A stretch of DNA of 64,000 bases from Chloroflexota bacterium (GTDB lineage Bacteria > Chloroflexota > UBA11872 > VXOZ01): contig OZ244922.1 in NCBI GenBank assembly GCA_965221905.1, positions 3,296,001 through 3,360,000 on the forward strand. The letters run 5' to 3'. The notes beneath the pieces were generated by a model, which was given only the letters and a program-made list of their open reading frames with translations, searched no databases and was not told where the DNA came from. Position numbers and translations under genes: made by a program. Shown here one piece after another: positions 30,165-40,986 of this stretch; the stretch's first letter is position 1, and each line of letters begins with the position of its first letter.

Positions 30165-30541
30165 AGAGCACCCTTCGATTTCTTTAACCGTATCGCCTCA
30201 TTCTTGCAGTTTATACAGTTAGCATATCAGAAAGTTAGAAGGGAACTGCAATCCTCTTAAGTTAAGGGGTATACCATACACCATCGAACCGTGCAACTCT
30301 TTGGAAGGTACTATGTCTCTCGGCAGTCCAAACCCAGTCCCATGCTTCTATCACGCAAGGCTACGGCCCGGCGGGGTCTCAAGAGTGAGGCGGCAATGTA
30401 GTTCTCAAGGACAAGCGAAGACGCACATGGCGAGGCCCGCACCATATATGAATTGCGTTTGGTCTTCAACCGGCCCTATCGGCAAACCAGCCGTTTCCAA
30501 GGACGCCGTCGGCATGGCCAACCGCTAATTGCCTCAGCGCA

Positions 30542-31552
30542 CTAGAGCGTAACCACGCTGCCCGTGCGGCTGGCCTCATAGGCGGCCAGAATGATGCGCA
30601 GGTTCATCAGACCGTCCTCGGCCGGGGTCGGCACTGGCCCTTTGCCATCCAACGCGTCGCAGAATGCGGTGAAGACGCGGGCAAAGGCATCAGGCGCAGC
30701 GGGCCTGGGCTCCGGGTACTCGCAATGGTCGCCCTTCCAAAGTTCGATTGGGCGATCTGTGCCGCCGCCGCCAAGCAAGATCGACCCCTCCGTGCCTTGG
30801 ATTTCACGGCTCGAAGTGCTCCTGTCCGCGCCCCAGCCGTTTTGAATCGAGGTGATGGCGCCGTTTTCGTGACGCAATATGGCAAGAGCGGTGTCTTCCA
30901 CCTCGAAATCGCGCGCAAAGGTGCCGACTGCGCCGAAGACTTCCCGGACCTCGGACTGCATAAGATACCGCGCCAGGTAGATGCTGTGGTAGCCGTTATC
31001 GAGCAAGGCCCCGCCACCGCCGCGCCCGGCCTTGGCGCGCCAGCCCGGGTCATAGGCCGCCGTGCCCTGGTAGTGATAGTTGCCGAACCCTTCGAATCGC
31101 ACCAGATAGGGCGTGCCGATTGCGCCTGCGTGCACCAGTTCCAACACGCGGCTCGGCACGCGCTGGCGCGAGTAGTTGTGGATCAGGGAAAAGACGACAC
31201 CGGCCTTCTCAATGACGGCAATCATCGCCAAGGCCTCGTTCTCGTTTGCGGCGATGGGCTTCTCCAAGAGAATGTTGTGTCCCGCCTCAGCGGCCGCAAT
31301 TGTAGCCGTATGGTGCAAGTGGTGGGGGAGGCAAATGTCTACGTAATCAATGTCGTCACGGGCAAGCAGATCGTGGTAGTCGATATAGCGCGCCTCGGAC
31401 GGGATCTGAAAACGGTCACCCAGCAGGTCGCGCCGCTCCGCCGCCGGATCCGCCACCGCCACCACGGAAATACGGCCCGCCAGCTCCACATAGCCCGGCA
31501 GGTGTCCTTGTTCCGCAATCCGACCGCAGCCGATGATGCCAACTCGCTTCAT
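30542..31552 (-). CDS. Gfo/Idh/MocA oxidoreductase
   Basis: GIIGCGRIA, LLEKP, GGGALLDNGYH. Confidence 0.92.
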   Translation of the reverse strand: MKRVGIIGCGRIAEQGHLPGYVELAGRISVVAVADPAAERRDLLGDRFQIPSEARYIDYHDLLARDDIDYVDICLPHHLHHTATIAAAEAGHNILLEKPIAANENEALAMIAVIEKAGVVFSLIHNYSRQRVPSRVLELVHAGAIGTPYLVRFEGFGNYHYQGTAAYDPGWRAKAGRGGGGALLDNGYHSIYLARYLMQSEVREVFGAVGTFARDFEVEDTALAILRHENGAITSIQNGWGADRSTSSREIQGTEGSILLGGGGTDRPIELWKGDHCEYPEPRPAAPDAFARVFTAFCDALDGKGPVPTPAEDGLMNLRIILAAYEASRTGSVVTL

Positions 31553-31694
31553 TGATCAATTTCCTTCATGATGTCATTAGTTTCGTCAACTATGACGCAG
31601 ATTGCGATTGCGCCTGTAAGACGATGCAAACACTCCAACTTCACTCTCTGTATCTCCCAAACTGCGACTCTCGTGATTCAGATAGCCATCCTCA

Positions 31695-31790
31695 GTAGCG
31701 CGGGGGCTTGTCCCCCGCCTCTTCCCTCTAACTGGGTCAGTTCAAACAGTCTCCTCATTCCTGCCGTAGCGCGGGGGCTTGTTCCCCGCC
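31695..31790 (+). repeat. two class C REPs (GTAGCGCGGGGGCTTGTCCCCCGC) flanking RAYT
   Basis: Copies at 31695 and 31766; distal copies at ~7971 and ~46114 (degenerate). Confidence 0.85.
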
Positions 31791-31811
31791 CCTTCGCACG
31801 AACGACTGATC

Positions 31812-32309
31812 TCAGAACTCTCCTTCCAGATCGTATACCAGCGAGCCGGAGAAGTGATAATCTTGCCACCTCTCGACGAGGCCCTTTCGCACCGGATTGT
31901 TTAGAACGTATTCTGCTACTTCCTCAAGGCTCTCCTCATCCCGCAAGATACGATCCCAGAAGCTCTCCTGCCAGATTCGACCGGTCACACCTAATTTCCA
32001 AACTTGTCGCTGTGCAAGGTTCTTGAGCTGACCAACAAAGGTCACGATGTCACAAGACGAAGACGGCCCGAGCACAAGATGAACGTGGTTCGGCATCAGA
32101 CAATATGCAAAAACCTGCACGCCGGTCCTACAGGCATGTCCATGTAGCACGTCATTCGCAGCTTGAGCAATCCCTGGCTCTGCAAAGACCGAGCGCCGCG
32201 CACGCGTGCCAATGGTCACAGAACAGATGATTCCCATTTGACCGTAGAGTCTTCGGTCAAGGCGGATACGTTTGTGGTGGCGTGCATTTGGGAGAGTGTT
32301 GGAAACCAC
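31812..32309 (-). mobile_element. REP-associated tyrosine transposase (RAYT/TnpA-REP, HUH Y1)
   Basis: YCLMPNHVHL (HUH), IWQESFWDRILRD, YVLNNPVRKGL; flanked by inverted GTAG REPs. Confidence 0.9.
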
Positions 32310-32330
32310 GTTCCTCTTTCAGCAAAGACT

Positions 32331-32595
32331 ACGGGGAACAAACCCCCCGCACTACGGCGGTGAGCAAATACGATGCGGCTCCCGGAGTCTCCACTTTACG
32401 TCAAGCAAAGAGCGGGGGACAAGCCCCCGCGCTACGGCGGAGTACAAATACGATGCGACTTCGGGAGTCTCCACTTTACGTCAAGCAACAAACGGGGAAC
32501 AAGCCCCCGCGCTACGGCGGAGTACAAATACGATGCGGCTTCGGGAGTCGCCACTTTACGTCAGGCAAAAAACGGGGGACAAGCCCCCGCGCTAC
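32331..32595 (-). repeat. head-to-tail array of 80-bp units with class C REP
   Basis: CTAC ends at 32352, 32432, 32512 and 32592; conserved linkers. Confidence 0.9.
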
Positions 32596-32651
32596 ATAAG
32601 AGTTAGGGCGCACTGTCTTGGTGCAAGACAGTGCGCCCTGCTCACACCCTC

Positions 32652-33500
32652 TTACCCCACTGCGATACCCAACTCCTGTTCCACGTAAGCCTTATTCGTC
32701 GCCGCGCTGGCTTTGGGCGTGGAGCGGGAGCGGTCGAGCTCGATCATGAGCCACCCTGCGTAGCCGCTCTCCTGCAGCGCCTGAACGCATTCTTTCACCT
32801 GCACCACGCCGGCGCCGAGTTCTACGAAGTCGGGCAAGATGGCTGTCGCCGCATCCGCGCCCTGCGCTTGTTCTGTTTGGGCGTCGGAGAAGGCTTGCGG
32901 GTCCCAGTCTTTCAAGTGGACGTACTTCACGCGGTCGGCGTAGGTGCGTACTACTGCCAACTCGTCGCCGCCGCCTTTGCGCACGTGCGCTGTGTCCGGG
33001 CAGAGAAAGACGTAGCGTGGGTCGGTGTAGTGCATCATGATCTCGATCTCTTCGTCAGTCTCCACCGTGGTGGCGTAATGCGGGTGGTAGCACGCGAGCA
33101 CGCCGAAGTCGAGACAGCGGCGGCCGATCTCGTTCATGCAGTGCGCCTGGTTGTGGAGATCGTCGCTAGTAGGGCCGCCCGGCGCGCGCGAACCGCCGCC
33201 AAGCACCAGCCGATCAGCGCCATGGGCGGCCAGGAACTTGGCAAAGCCCACGTTGCGCGCGATCATCTCATCCATGCGGTGGGCCTCATTCATGGGGCCG
33301 CCGCCATAGACGGTGACGAGCTCCAAACCCCGCTGTGCAATGAGGTCCTGAAACTCGCTGACCTTATCGCCGTACGTGTCCACCACCGCCGCGAACGTCT
33401 CGAATCCCTTGAATCCCAGCGCGGCAATCTCGTCCAACGCCTGCTCGAAGCCATCCATGCCCCACGTGATCGTGTGGTATCCAACGCGAATGTCTGCCAC
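32652..33500 (-). CDS. sugar phosphate isomerase/epimerase (IolE-like)
   Basis: GYHTITWG, YHPH, CPDTAH, HLKD, MIELD. Confidence 0.85.
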   Translation of the reverse strand: MADIRVGYHTITWGMDGFEQALDEIAALGFKGFETFAAVVDTYGDKVSEFQDLIAQRGLELVTVYGGGPMNEAHRMDEMIARNVGFAKFLAAHGADRLVLGGGSRAPGGPTSDDLHNQAHCMNEIGRRCLDFGVLACYHPHYATTVETDEEIEIMMHYTDPRYVFLCPDTAHVRKGGGDELAVVRTYADRVKYVHLKDWDPQAFSDAQTEQAQGADAATAILPDFVELGAGVVQVKECVQALQESGYAGWLMIELDRSRSTPKASAATNKAYVEQELGIAVG

Positions 33501-33765
33501 GGTTGCTCTCCCCCTCGGTTGCTTTCCTGCCAAGCGACGGCAAGATTCTGTTCAATTCCCGCATGTCCATTGATGATTGAGCACCTCTATAGTAGCAGAG
33601 GGCTTGCAGGGGTACGCGCGCGTTCTGCCATTAGTGAATCAGCGGAATGCGCCCTGCCATCACTTGGCCTCCCTGGCGCGAATCGCCACACGCTCTACCG
33701 GTACCGGATGAACCGCCACGCTCAGGCCGGCCGGCATTCTCAGCCGGGCAAACGTCTTCAACCGG

Positions 33766-35199
33766 CTAGGATTTCGCTACCGTATACGCATCCTCTATGG
33801 AGTAGGCGTCTTCCAGCTTCACGCGGAAAGGTTCTTGGGAGCGGGACACGGTGGCGCTTTGGTAGGCGTGGTTCTGCAGATTGTGCTCGCAGAGTAAGCC
33901 GCGCATGTGGGCGATAACGTCCGCGTGCTCCCCGCTCTGCGCTAGGTTCTGGATTTCGTCGGAGTCGGTCTCCAGATCGTAGAGTTCGCTCTCGCCGGTG
34001 GCGTAGTGGGCGTACTTGAAGCGCGCATCCCGCACCATCTGGCTGCCCATGTTTTCGCTGAAGACAATGTCGCGGTGCGGAAGCGTGGGATCTGTCAGCA
34101 ATGGCGCAAGGCTTGTGCCTTGCAGCGTGTCCGGCGGCTCCACGCCGCAGGTATTGTAGAAGAGCGGCACGTAATCGAGAGAACTCACAAGCGATGCGCA
34201 CCGCGTCCCACCGGCCACCGCCGGCCCGCGGATGATGAGCGGCACGTGGGCCATCGACTCGTAGTAGAAGCCCTTGTACGGCAGGCCGTGATCGCCGAGC
34301 GCGTCCCCATGGTCGGCGGTATAAATGATGAGCGTCTCGTCGAGCACGCCGTTGGCATCCAGCGCGGCCAGTATCTTGCCGACTTCCTCGTCGATCAGGG
34401 AGATGTTGGCGTAGTAGTGAGCGCGCCACTTGCGATGCTGTTCCGGCGTGGCCTGCGAGGGATCCATGCGGTACATGGAGTTCTTGACATTCTCTTTCCC
34501 TGCCTGTCCCTGCGCGCGCGGCTTGTTTGCAAGGTCCGCGCGGGAACCGACGGGCGCGGGAATGGGCGCGCTATAGTACATGTCCGCCATCTCTTCCGGC
34601 GGGTCGTAGGGATCGTGCGGCCCGGCAAAGCTCACCCACGCGGCAAAAGGTTCTTTGCCGTTGCGCGCCAGCCAGTCGGCTGCCTGGTCTCCAATGAAAC
34701 CATCTACGTGGAAACACTTCGGCAGCGGCGTTACCGAGGCGTTCAGCGTATCGAAGTAGCCGGGGTTCTGGGTGGGGTGCGCGCGCTGGTGGCCGTGGGC
34801 GCGGAGAAACTTGCTATAGTCGTCGGGCAAGTACGTATGCCGCTTGTCTTCGGCGCTAATGCGCTCCTGGAAGCCGTTGCGCGCATCCCACGGAAAGAAG
34901 TGCATCTTGCCGATCGCGGCAGTGTTATACCCCGCGTCGGAGAGCACTTGGGGCCAGACGGGAACCTTGCCCTCGTCAAGCCAGTGCGCGTTGCCCAGCA
35001 CGCCGGTAGTGGTGGGCCACTGCCCGCCCAGCAACGCCGCGCGCGTGGGTACACAGAGCGGCGCGGGCACGTAGCAGCGCTCGAACACCATCCCCTCCCG
35101 CGCCAGCCGGTCGAGATTGGGCGTCTGCATGAAGTCCAGACCGTAGCACGGCAGGCTATCCCAGCGCTGCTGGTCTGCGGTGATGAAGAGAAGATTCAT
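33766..35199 (-). CDS. sulfatase (formylglycine-dependent, choline-sulfatase-like)
   Basis: ADQQR, CVPTR (CxPxR), GKMH, PHDP, ADHG. Confidence 0.92.
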   Translation of the reverse strand: MNLLFITADQQRWDSLPCYGLDFMQTPNLDRLAREGMVFERCYVPAPLCVPTRAALLGGQWPTTTGVLGNAHWLDEGKVPVWPQVLSDAGYNTAAIGKMHFFPWDARNGFQERISAEDKRHTYLPDDYSKFLRAHGHQRAHPTQNPGYFDTLNASVTPLPKCFHVDGFIGDQAADWLARNGKEPFAAWVSFAGPHDPYDPPEEMADMYYSAPIPAPVGSRADLANKPRAQGQAGKENVKNSMYRMDPSQATPEQHRKWRAHYYANISLIDEEVGKILAALDANGVLDETLIIYTADHGDALGDHGLPYKGFYYESMAHVPLIIRGPAVAGGTRCASLVSSLDYVPLFYNTCGVEPPDTLQGTSLAPLLTDPTLPHRDIVFSENMGSQMVRDARFKYAHYATGESELYDLETDSDEIQNLAQSGEHADVIAHMRGLLCEHNLQNHAYQSATVSRSQEPFRVKLEDAYSIEDAYTVAKS

Positions 35200-35682
35200 G
35201 AGTGCTCCTCGGTGCTATCCTTACACTTCTATCAGTGTGGGTTTTCTTGAGAATTAGTCCCGGATTGGTATCGAATTGGGCGGCAGCCATTGTGATTGTT
35301 GTCGCACAAGAGATTCCATGGTGCACAGTTGCAAGGGCGGTGCGACCGAGCTGAGTTATGAAGATTCCCCCTCACCCCCGATCAAGTACGGGGCAGGCTC
35401 TAACCCTCTCCCGCCGGGAGATGGGACTTTCTCGCCTCGGCAAGGGTTATGCACGGGTCTCCGCTGGGAGAGGGTGCAATCGCTCCTAAACAGTGTCATG
35501 CGCGTCTTTCTACAAGGAACAGTTGATGGCGAACTCCCAGTCGCGACCATAAATGAATCTCCACATCCGGGAATGCCACGGCTAATAGTTACTTCAACTA
35601 TTATAGAGATGAATTCCCGCGATCGCAGAGATGGGATGTGAACTGGCCGTCTCGCTGGATAGCAATCTAGGCGGAGAATGCC

Positions 35683-36468
35683 GTGGCTACCGACACACCG
35701 CAAGTGCTCTTAGAGGTCGACAACGTTGCCAAGTCGTTTGGGGGCTTGCAGGCCGTGCGCAACTGCTCGCTGCAGGTGCGCCCAGGTACGATTACGGGTC
35801 TGATTGGGCCGAATGGCGCCGGCAAGACGACGATGTTCAATCTCATTTCCGGCTTCTATGCCCCGGACTCGGGCAGCATCGTCTTCCAAGGCAACCGCAT
35901 CGACGGGCTGCCGCCGCACCGGGTCTTCCGCCACGGACTCTGCCGCACCTTCCAAGTGCCCAAAGAGCTTAAGCAGATGACCGTGCTCGAGAACCTGATG
36001 CTTGTGCCGTCCGGTCAAGTAGGTGAACGGCTGGGGGCCGCGTGGGTTATGCCCTGGCGCGTGCGTCAGCAGGAGCAGGAAGCCTTCGACAAAGCGCTCA
36101 ACGTGCTGGAGTTTGTAAGTCTGGCGCATCTGCGCGACGAATACGCGGCAAATCTCTCTACCGGCCAGAAGAAGCTGCTGGAACTCGCCCGGGCGATGAT
36201 GACCGATCCCCAACTCATCATGCTGGACGAACCGGGCGCAGGTGTGAATCCAACCCTCCTGCGCAGCCTGATGGAGCAAATCGAGCGCCTGGTGGCCGAG
36301 CGGGGCATTACCGTGCTGCTCATCGAACACAACATGGCGGTGGTAATGGGCCTCTGCAACCCGGTGATTGTGATGAGCAACGGCGAGAAGCTCGCAGAGG
36401 GCACGCCCGCTGAAATCCAGCAGAACGAGCAGGTGCTTGCTGCGTACCTGGGAGGACAGAACCGGTGA
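35683..36468 (+). CDS. livG: branched-chain amino acid ABC transporter ATP-binding protein (LivG-like)
   Basis: GPNGAGKTT, LDEPGAGVNP, IEHNM. Confidence 0.88.
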   Translation: MATDTPQVLLEVDNVAKSFGGLQAVRNCSLQVRPGTITGLIGPNGAGKTTMFNLISGFYAPDSGSIVFQGNRIDGLPPHRVFRHGLCRTFQVPKELKQMTVLENLMLVPSGQVGERLGAAWVMPWRVRQQEQEAFDKALNVLEFVSLAHLRDEYAANLSTGQKKLLELARAMMTDPQLIMLDEPGAGVNPTLLRSLMEQIERLVAERGITVLLIEHNMAVVMGLCNPVIVMSNGEKLAEGTPAEIQQNEQVLAAYLGGQNR

Positions 36469-37175
36469 ATCTCCTCGATGCTTCCGGGATAGTCTCCGGC
36501 TATGGCGAAATTGAGATCCTCCACGGCGTCTCTCTTGCCGTTGGTGTCAGAGAGGTGGTCGCCGTCATCGGTCCCAACGGCTGCGGCAAGTCCACGCTGA
36601 TGAAGACGATATTCGGCCTTCTGAAACCCACCAAGGGTACGGTCACTTTCAGCGACACCGACATTACCGGCATGCCGCCCCATGAAATCGTCCGCCGGGG
36701 ATTGAGCTACGTGCCGCAGGCGGACAATACGTTCTTGAGCTTGACGGTGCAAGAGAACCTCGCCATGGGGGCTTTCCTCCGGCCCGACATTTATGCAGGC
36801 CAGGCGGCGATGGCCTATGATCTCTTTCCCGATCTCAAAGAGCGCCGTAACGCCAAGGTCTCGTCGCTAAGCGGCGGCCAGCGCCAGATGGTAGCTATGG
36901 CGCGCGCGCTCATGCTCGAACCGCAACTCCTCCTGCTCGACGAACCCACGGCGGGCCTCGCGCCGGTATTTGTAGATACAGTGTTCGCCCAGATAGCGCA
37001 CGTCAACGCGCAGGGCATTGCCGTGCTCATGGTGGAGCAGAACGCGCGCATGGCGCTGGAGCACACACACCGCGGCTATGTTTTGGCCGGCGGGGAGAAC
37101 CGCTTCACCGACGAAAGCAGCGCGCTACTGGCGAACGAGGAAGTAGCCCGGCTTTATTTAGGAGGGGCAGCATGA
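36465..37175 (+). CDS. livF: branched-chain amino acid ABC transporter ATP-binding protein (LivF-like)
   Basis: GPNGCGKST, LSGGQRQM, LDEPTAGLAP, VEQNA. Confidence 0.88.
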   Translation: MNLLDASGIVSGYGEIEILHGVSLAVGVREVVAVIGPNGCGKSTLMKTIFGLLKPTKGTVTFSDTDITGMPPHEIVRRGLSYVPQADNTFLSLTVQENLAMGAFLRPDIYAGQAAMAYDLFPDLKERRNAKVSSLSGGQRQMVAMARALMLEPQLLLLDEPTAGLAPVFVDTVFAQIAHVNAQGIAVLMVEQNARMALEHTHRGYVLAGGENRFTDESSALLANEEVARLYLGGAA

Positions 37176-38089
37176 TTGCGTTGATCGTTGACGGGATCAT
37201 CCTCGGCAGCATTCTCTCCCTCGGCGCGGTGAGCCTCACCTTGGTGTACGGCATTGTCCGCTTTGCCAACTTTGCGCACGGGGACTTGATGGCCGTTGGC
37301 GCGTACGTAGCATTCTTTCTCGTGAATACGGCCTTCGCCGCGTTGGGCATACCGACATTCACGTTTGGGCCGCTTTCATTCGGGTTGCCGATGCTGCTCG
37401 CGCTCCCGTTGGCTATGATCGCTACGGCCGGCGTCGCCGTGATTGTCGATCGGCTTGTGTTCCGTCCAATGCGCCAACGCCGGTACGCGACGGTGATGTT
37501 CGTCATCGGCTCTCTCGCCGTAGCCTTTGCGCTCCGCGCCTTGCTCTTCATCATCTGGGGACCGGAGTTTCACTTCTTCACCCAGGCCCTGCGTCCGGCT
37601 CTCCAGCTTCCGTTCGAGGTTCGCGTGAAGCCTGATCAGATCTTCATCCTGATTGCCTGCCTCGCCATGGTGGTGGGACTATACCTCTTCCTAAAACACT
37701 CGAAGATCGGCCAGGCGCTGCGCGCTACGGCGGATAACCCGGACTTGGCGCGCATCAGCGGGATAAATACTGAGCGGATGATGGTCTGGACGTGGGCAAT
37801 CGGGGCAGCGATGGCGGCAACGGCTGGCATCTTGCTCGGCATCGACTCGCAGTTGCGTCCTGAGATGGGATGGAACTTGCTGCTGCCGCTCTTTGCCGCC
37901 GCCATTCTCGGCGGCATCGGTAACCCGTACGGCGCATTGATCGGCGGTATGGTGATAGGTATCGTGCAGCAAGTGTCGACGGCATTCCTCCTGCCCACCT
38001 ACAAGCCCGCCGTTGCGTTTGTGATTCTGATATTGGTGCTGCTCATCCGCCCGCGGGGTATTCTTGGCAGCGAGCAGCGGGGGTTTTGA
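37172..38089 (+). CDS. livH: branched-chain amino acid ABC transporter permease (LivH-like)
   Basis: NFAHGD, ILGGIGNPYGA, RPRGILG. Confidence 0.88.
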   Translation: MIALIVDGIILGSILSLGAVSLTLVYGIVRFANFAHGDLMAVGAYVAFFLVNTAFAALGIPTFTFGPLSFGLPMLLALPLAMIATAGVAVIVDRLVFRPMRQRRYATVMFVIGSLAVAFALRALLFIIWGPEFHFFTQALRPALQLPFEVRVKPDQIFILIACLAMVVGLYLFLKHSKIGQALRATADNPDLARISGINTERMMVWTWAIGAAMAATAGILLGIDSQLRPEMGWNLLLPLFAAAILGGIGNPYGALIGGMVIGIVQQVSTAFLLPTYKPAVAFVILILVLLIRPRGILGSEQRGF

Positions 38090-38360
38090 AGACTCTTGAT
38101 CATTCGTTTTGACGTACCAAATTGTGCTTCGACAAGCTCAGCACGAACGGCTAAATCCCTTATTCGTTCGGCCCCGTATTGAGTGCGGGCAGGCTGTTAG
38201 CCTGTCGAATGGCGGACTATATGGTGCAATGTCCCATTGAGACGAGTTCTAGCCTGAACAGGACGGTAGCGCAGGTTTGTAACCTGCGTCCGCAACAATC
38301 GCACGTTCGCTGCGGCGTGGCTTCACTATCGCCGAGCACAAGGGGAGCGCAAGAAGCAGA

Positions 38361-39350
38361 ATGACACTCGAGACGGTCTTGAGCTCCGGCATACTCAACT
38401 ACCTGGTGGGGTTTCTGATAGTCGCCGGCATTTACGCTCTGTTCACGCTGGGACTCAACGTGCACTTCGGCGAAACCGGTCTAATCAATTTCGGCATAGC
38501 CGGCTTCTTCGCCATCGGCGCATACACGGCGGCCTTGGTCACGAAGCCGCTGCCTACCGGCGAACTGGCCCGCTATACTCAGCAGGCGCTCGGCCTCAAC
38601 CAGCCGTTTCTCGTGGGTGTCATCGCCGCGGCGGTAGTCTGCGGCATAGTCGCCGTGCTGATAGGCATTCCCACGCTGCGCCTACGCGAGGACTACCTGG
38701 CAATTGCGACCATTGGCATCGCCGAGAGCATTCGGCTCGTATTCAACAACGAGCAATGGCTGGCAAATGGTTCGAAAGGACTGGTCGGCATCCCCCGTCC
38801 GCTCTACGACCTGGTGCCGCCCGCTTACTACAACTACGTTTACCTCGGCATCGTCGTGCTCGTGCTTGCGTTTGTTGCGGTGCTGCTGGAGCGCATGATC
38901 CGTTCGCCCTGGGGACGCGTGTTGCGGGCGATTCGGGAAGATGAGGTGGTGGCCGCCGCCTACGGCAAGAACGTGTTCGGCTTCAAGCTGCAGGCGCTCG
39001 TGCTCGGCGCGATGGTGATGGGCGTTGGCGGCGCGCTCTATGCCCACAACGCCGGCACTATCAGCCCCACGGTATTCGAGCCGGTCTTCGGCACCTTCAT
39101 CGTCTGGGTGATGCTGATCCTAGGAGGCAGCGGCAACACGAAAGGCGTGATCCTCGGCGCTTTCGTATTCTGGGCGATCTGGGCGGGGACGCAGTTTGCT
39201 ACCGATGCGCTCGTGCCGCCTGCCTTCAGCGCCCGCGCGCCTTACTTCAGGTTTCTCCTCATGGAGACGTTGCTCGTGCTGATGCTGCTCTTCCGTCCCA
39301 AAGGCATCCTGGGCGAGGAGCGCTTCGTCTCTACACTGCGCCCGCAGTAA
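38361..39350 (+). CDS. livM: branched-chain amino acid ABC transporter permease (LivM-like)
   Basis: LRLREDYLAIATIG, SPWGRVLRAIREDE. Confidence 0.88.
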   Translation: MTLETVLSSGILNYLVGFLIVAGIYALFTLGLNVHFGETGLINFGIAGFFAIGAYTAALVTKPLPTGELARYTQQALGLNQPFLVGVIAAAVVCGIVAVLIGIPTLRLREDYLAIATIGIAESIRLVFNNEQWLANGSKGLVGIPRPLYDLVPPAYYNYVYLGIVVLVLAFVAVLLERMIRSPWGRVLRAIREDEVVAAAYGKNVFGFKLQALVLGAMVMGVGGALYAHNAGTISPTVFEPVFGTFIVWVMLILGGSGNTKGVILGAFVFWAIWAGTQFATDALVPPAFSARAPYFRFLLMETLLVLMLLFRPKGILGEERFVSTLRPQ

Positions 39351-39540
39351 AGAGAGAGTGGCAGGGAGTACTGACAGCACCTGTCACACCTGAAAGTGTC
39401 AGGTAATTCGTTGACAGAATGGGAGCATGTAACGGCAGGAAGTATTGGCTACCAATCTGCTGCCTTACCCTATAGGTCTTTCATGCACGAGCAGTGACAG
39501 CTCGTGCATGAAAGACGAACATGGTAGGCGGCACCAAAAC

Positions 39541-39634
39541 CGTCACTCCGGCGCAAAGCCTGCCCCATACTTGATACGGGGCAGGAGTCTAGGGGGTGCA
39601 GTGAAGATGGATTCCGGCGAAAGCCGGAATGACG
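39541..39634. repeat. GTCAYTCCGGC...GCCGGAATGAC palindromic element with nested CCCGTATCAAGTA-type insert
   Basis: Related element at 28430-28498; insert also at 567 and 35377. Confidence 0.65.
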
Positions 39635-39902
39635 GAACTGACCGTCCTCAACTTTCCAGGACATCAACTGGATTGACAAATCTGTCAACGAATTAGTCAA
39701 CACATGTCATTCCGAGCGCAGCGAGGAATCTAGAATACGAGGAAATCTGTCGGAAATTCCGAGGCGCCGAACTTCCAGAGAAAGCTCCTCGCCTCTTTCG
39801 TTCGAGATTCGACCCTGCGTCGCACTCAGGACAGGCACGTTTAGCACGAACGGAGGACCGTTCTGAGGTTTTCAATGCCATCGAGCTCTCAGGAAGTCAG
39901 TT

Positions 39903-40832
39903 CTATGGCGACTTGCAACCGGGTTCGCCACGAATATTGAGAGTGACCACATAATTGCGCTCGACCTCAATGCCGGGCTCCGGGTTTTGGCTGGCGATGG
40001 TTCCACAGGTCCCGGAATCATCGGTTAGCGTGATTCCCGGCTGACCGCGCAAGCCAATGACACCGAGTTCTTGTGCCGCTATTGCGAATTGCTTTCCGCG
40101 AACGTCCGGCACGGTTACGCGGTCCACTCCATTGCTGACAATCAAGCGCACGGTACTCCCCGACTCTACCTGGGTGCCGGCGGGCGGCTCTTGGGCCAGC
40201 ACGATTCCTGCGTCGACCGTAGCACTCCCTTGCTCATCCACATTCACGGTTACACTCAGCAGCACCAACTGTTCACGGGCGTTATCCACCGTTATGCCTA
40301 CCACGTCGGGCATCGTGGGGTTTTCGGGTCCCTTGCTTATCCGTATGGTGACGGCGGTGCCTGCATCTACTTCGGTATTTCGCTCCGGCAGTTGGCTGAC
40401 AACCCGACCCGGCGCAACATTTTCATTGAAAACCTGCACAATATTCGCAGTAAGCCGATGCTGCCCGAGCAAGGTAACCGCCCGCTCCTCGGAAAGTTGG
40501 GTAAGGTCCGGCGCAGCCGAGCGCGGCGCAGGTGAAGCCTGTGCACCTTGGCCGCTGGATGTAGGGGGTACATTTGCAGGGGTAGGCGTGACTTTGGATA
40601 CGGGGCCAATCGTCAAAGTTGGAGTGGCACGCGGGGAGAAGAACGGGATGTCGCCCAAGAGCCCTTGTGTGTCCGGCACCAGGCGAAAACCGAGCCACAG
40701 CGCGAAGATTACTGCAAGAAAGATGAGCGGAATACCCCAGCGGGAAGCCGGTTCCGGCGACCGCCCGCCCGGCCTATCGCTCTTCCCCGAACCTCCCGCT
40801 CCCAATGAGTCCGACATTCGTCGATCGGCCAT
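39903..40832 (-). CDS. membrane-anchored PASTA-repeat protein (no kinase domain)
   Basis: TM helix followed by three PASTA-like repeats (PDLT, MPDVVG, VPDVRG; SQxP). Confidence 0.85.
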   Translation of the reverse strand: MADRRMSDSLGAGGSGKSDRPGGRSPEPASRWGIPLIFLAVIFALWLGFRLVPDTQGLLGDIPFFSPRATPTLTIGPVSKVTPTPANVPPTSSGQGAQASPAPRSAAPDLTQLSEERAVTLLGQHRLTANIVQVFNENVAPGRVVSQLPERNTEVDAGTAVTIRISKGPENPTMPDVVGITVDNAREQLVLLSVTVNVDEQGSATVDAGIVLAQEPPAGTQVESGSTVRLIVSNGVDRVTVPDVRGKQFAIAAQELGVIGLRGQPGITLTDDSGTCGTIASQNPEPGIEVERNYVVTLNIRGEPGCKSP

Positions 40833-40986
40833 CGTGCCTTGTAATATCCACTTTCCATCATTCCCGCGAAAACGGGAACCTACTGCCTATGCCGTCTTCC
40901 TGTTTGTCCCTCAGCGCCCGTCTTTCGACAGGCTCAAGACAAACGGCAAAGGATTGCCTATCGCGCTCGTAGCGCAAGGGGCGCTC

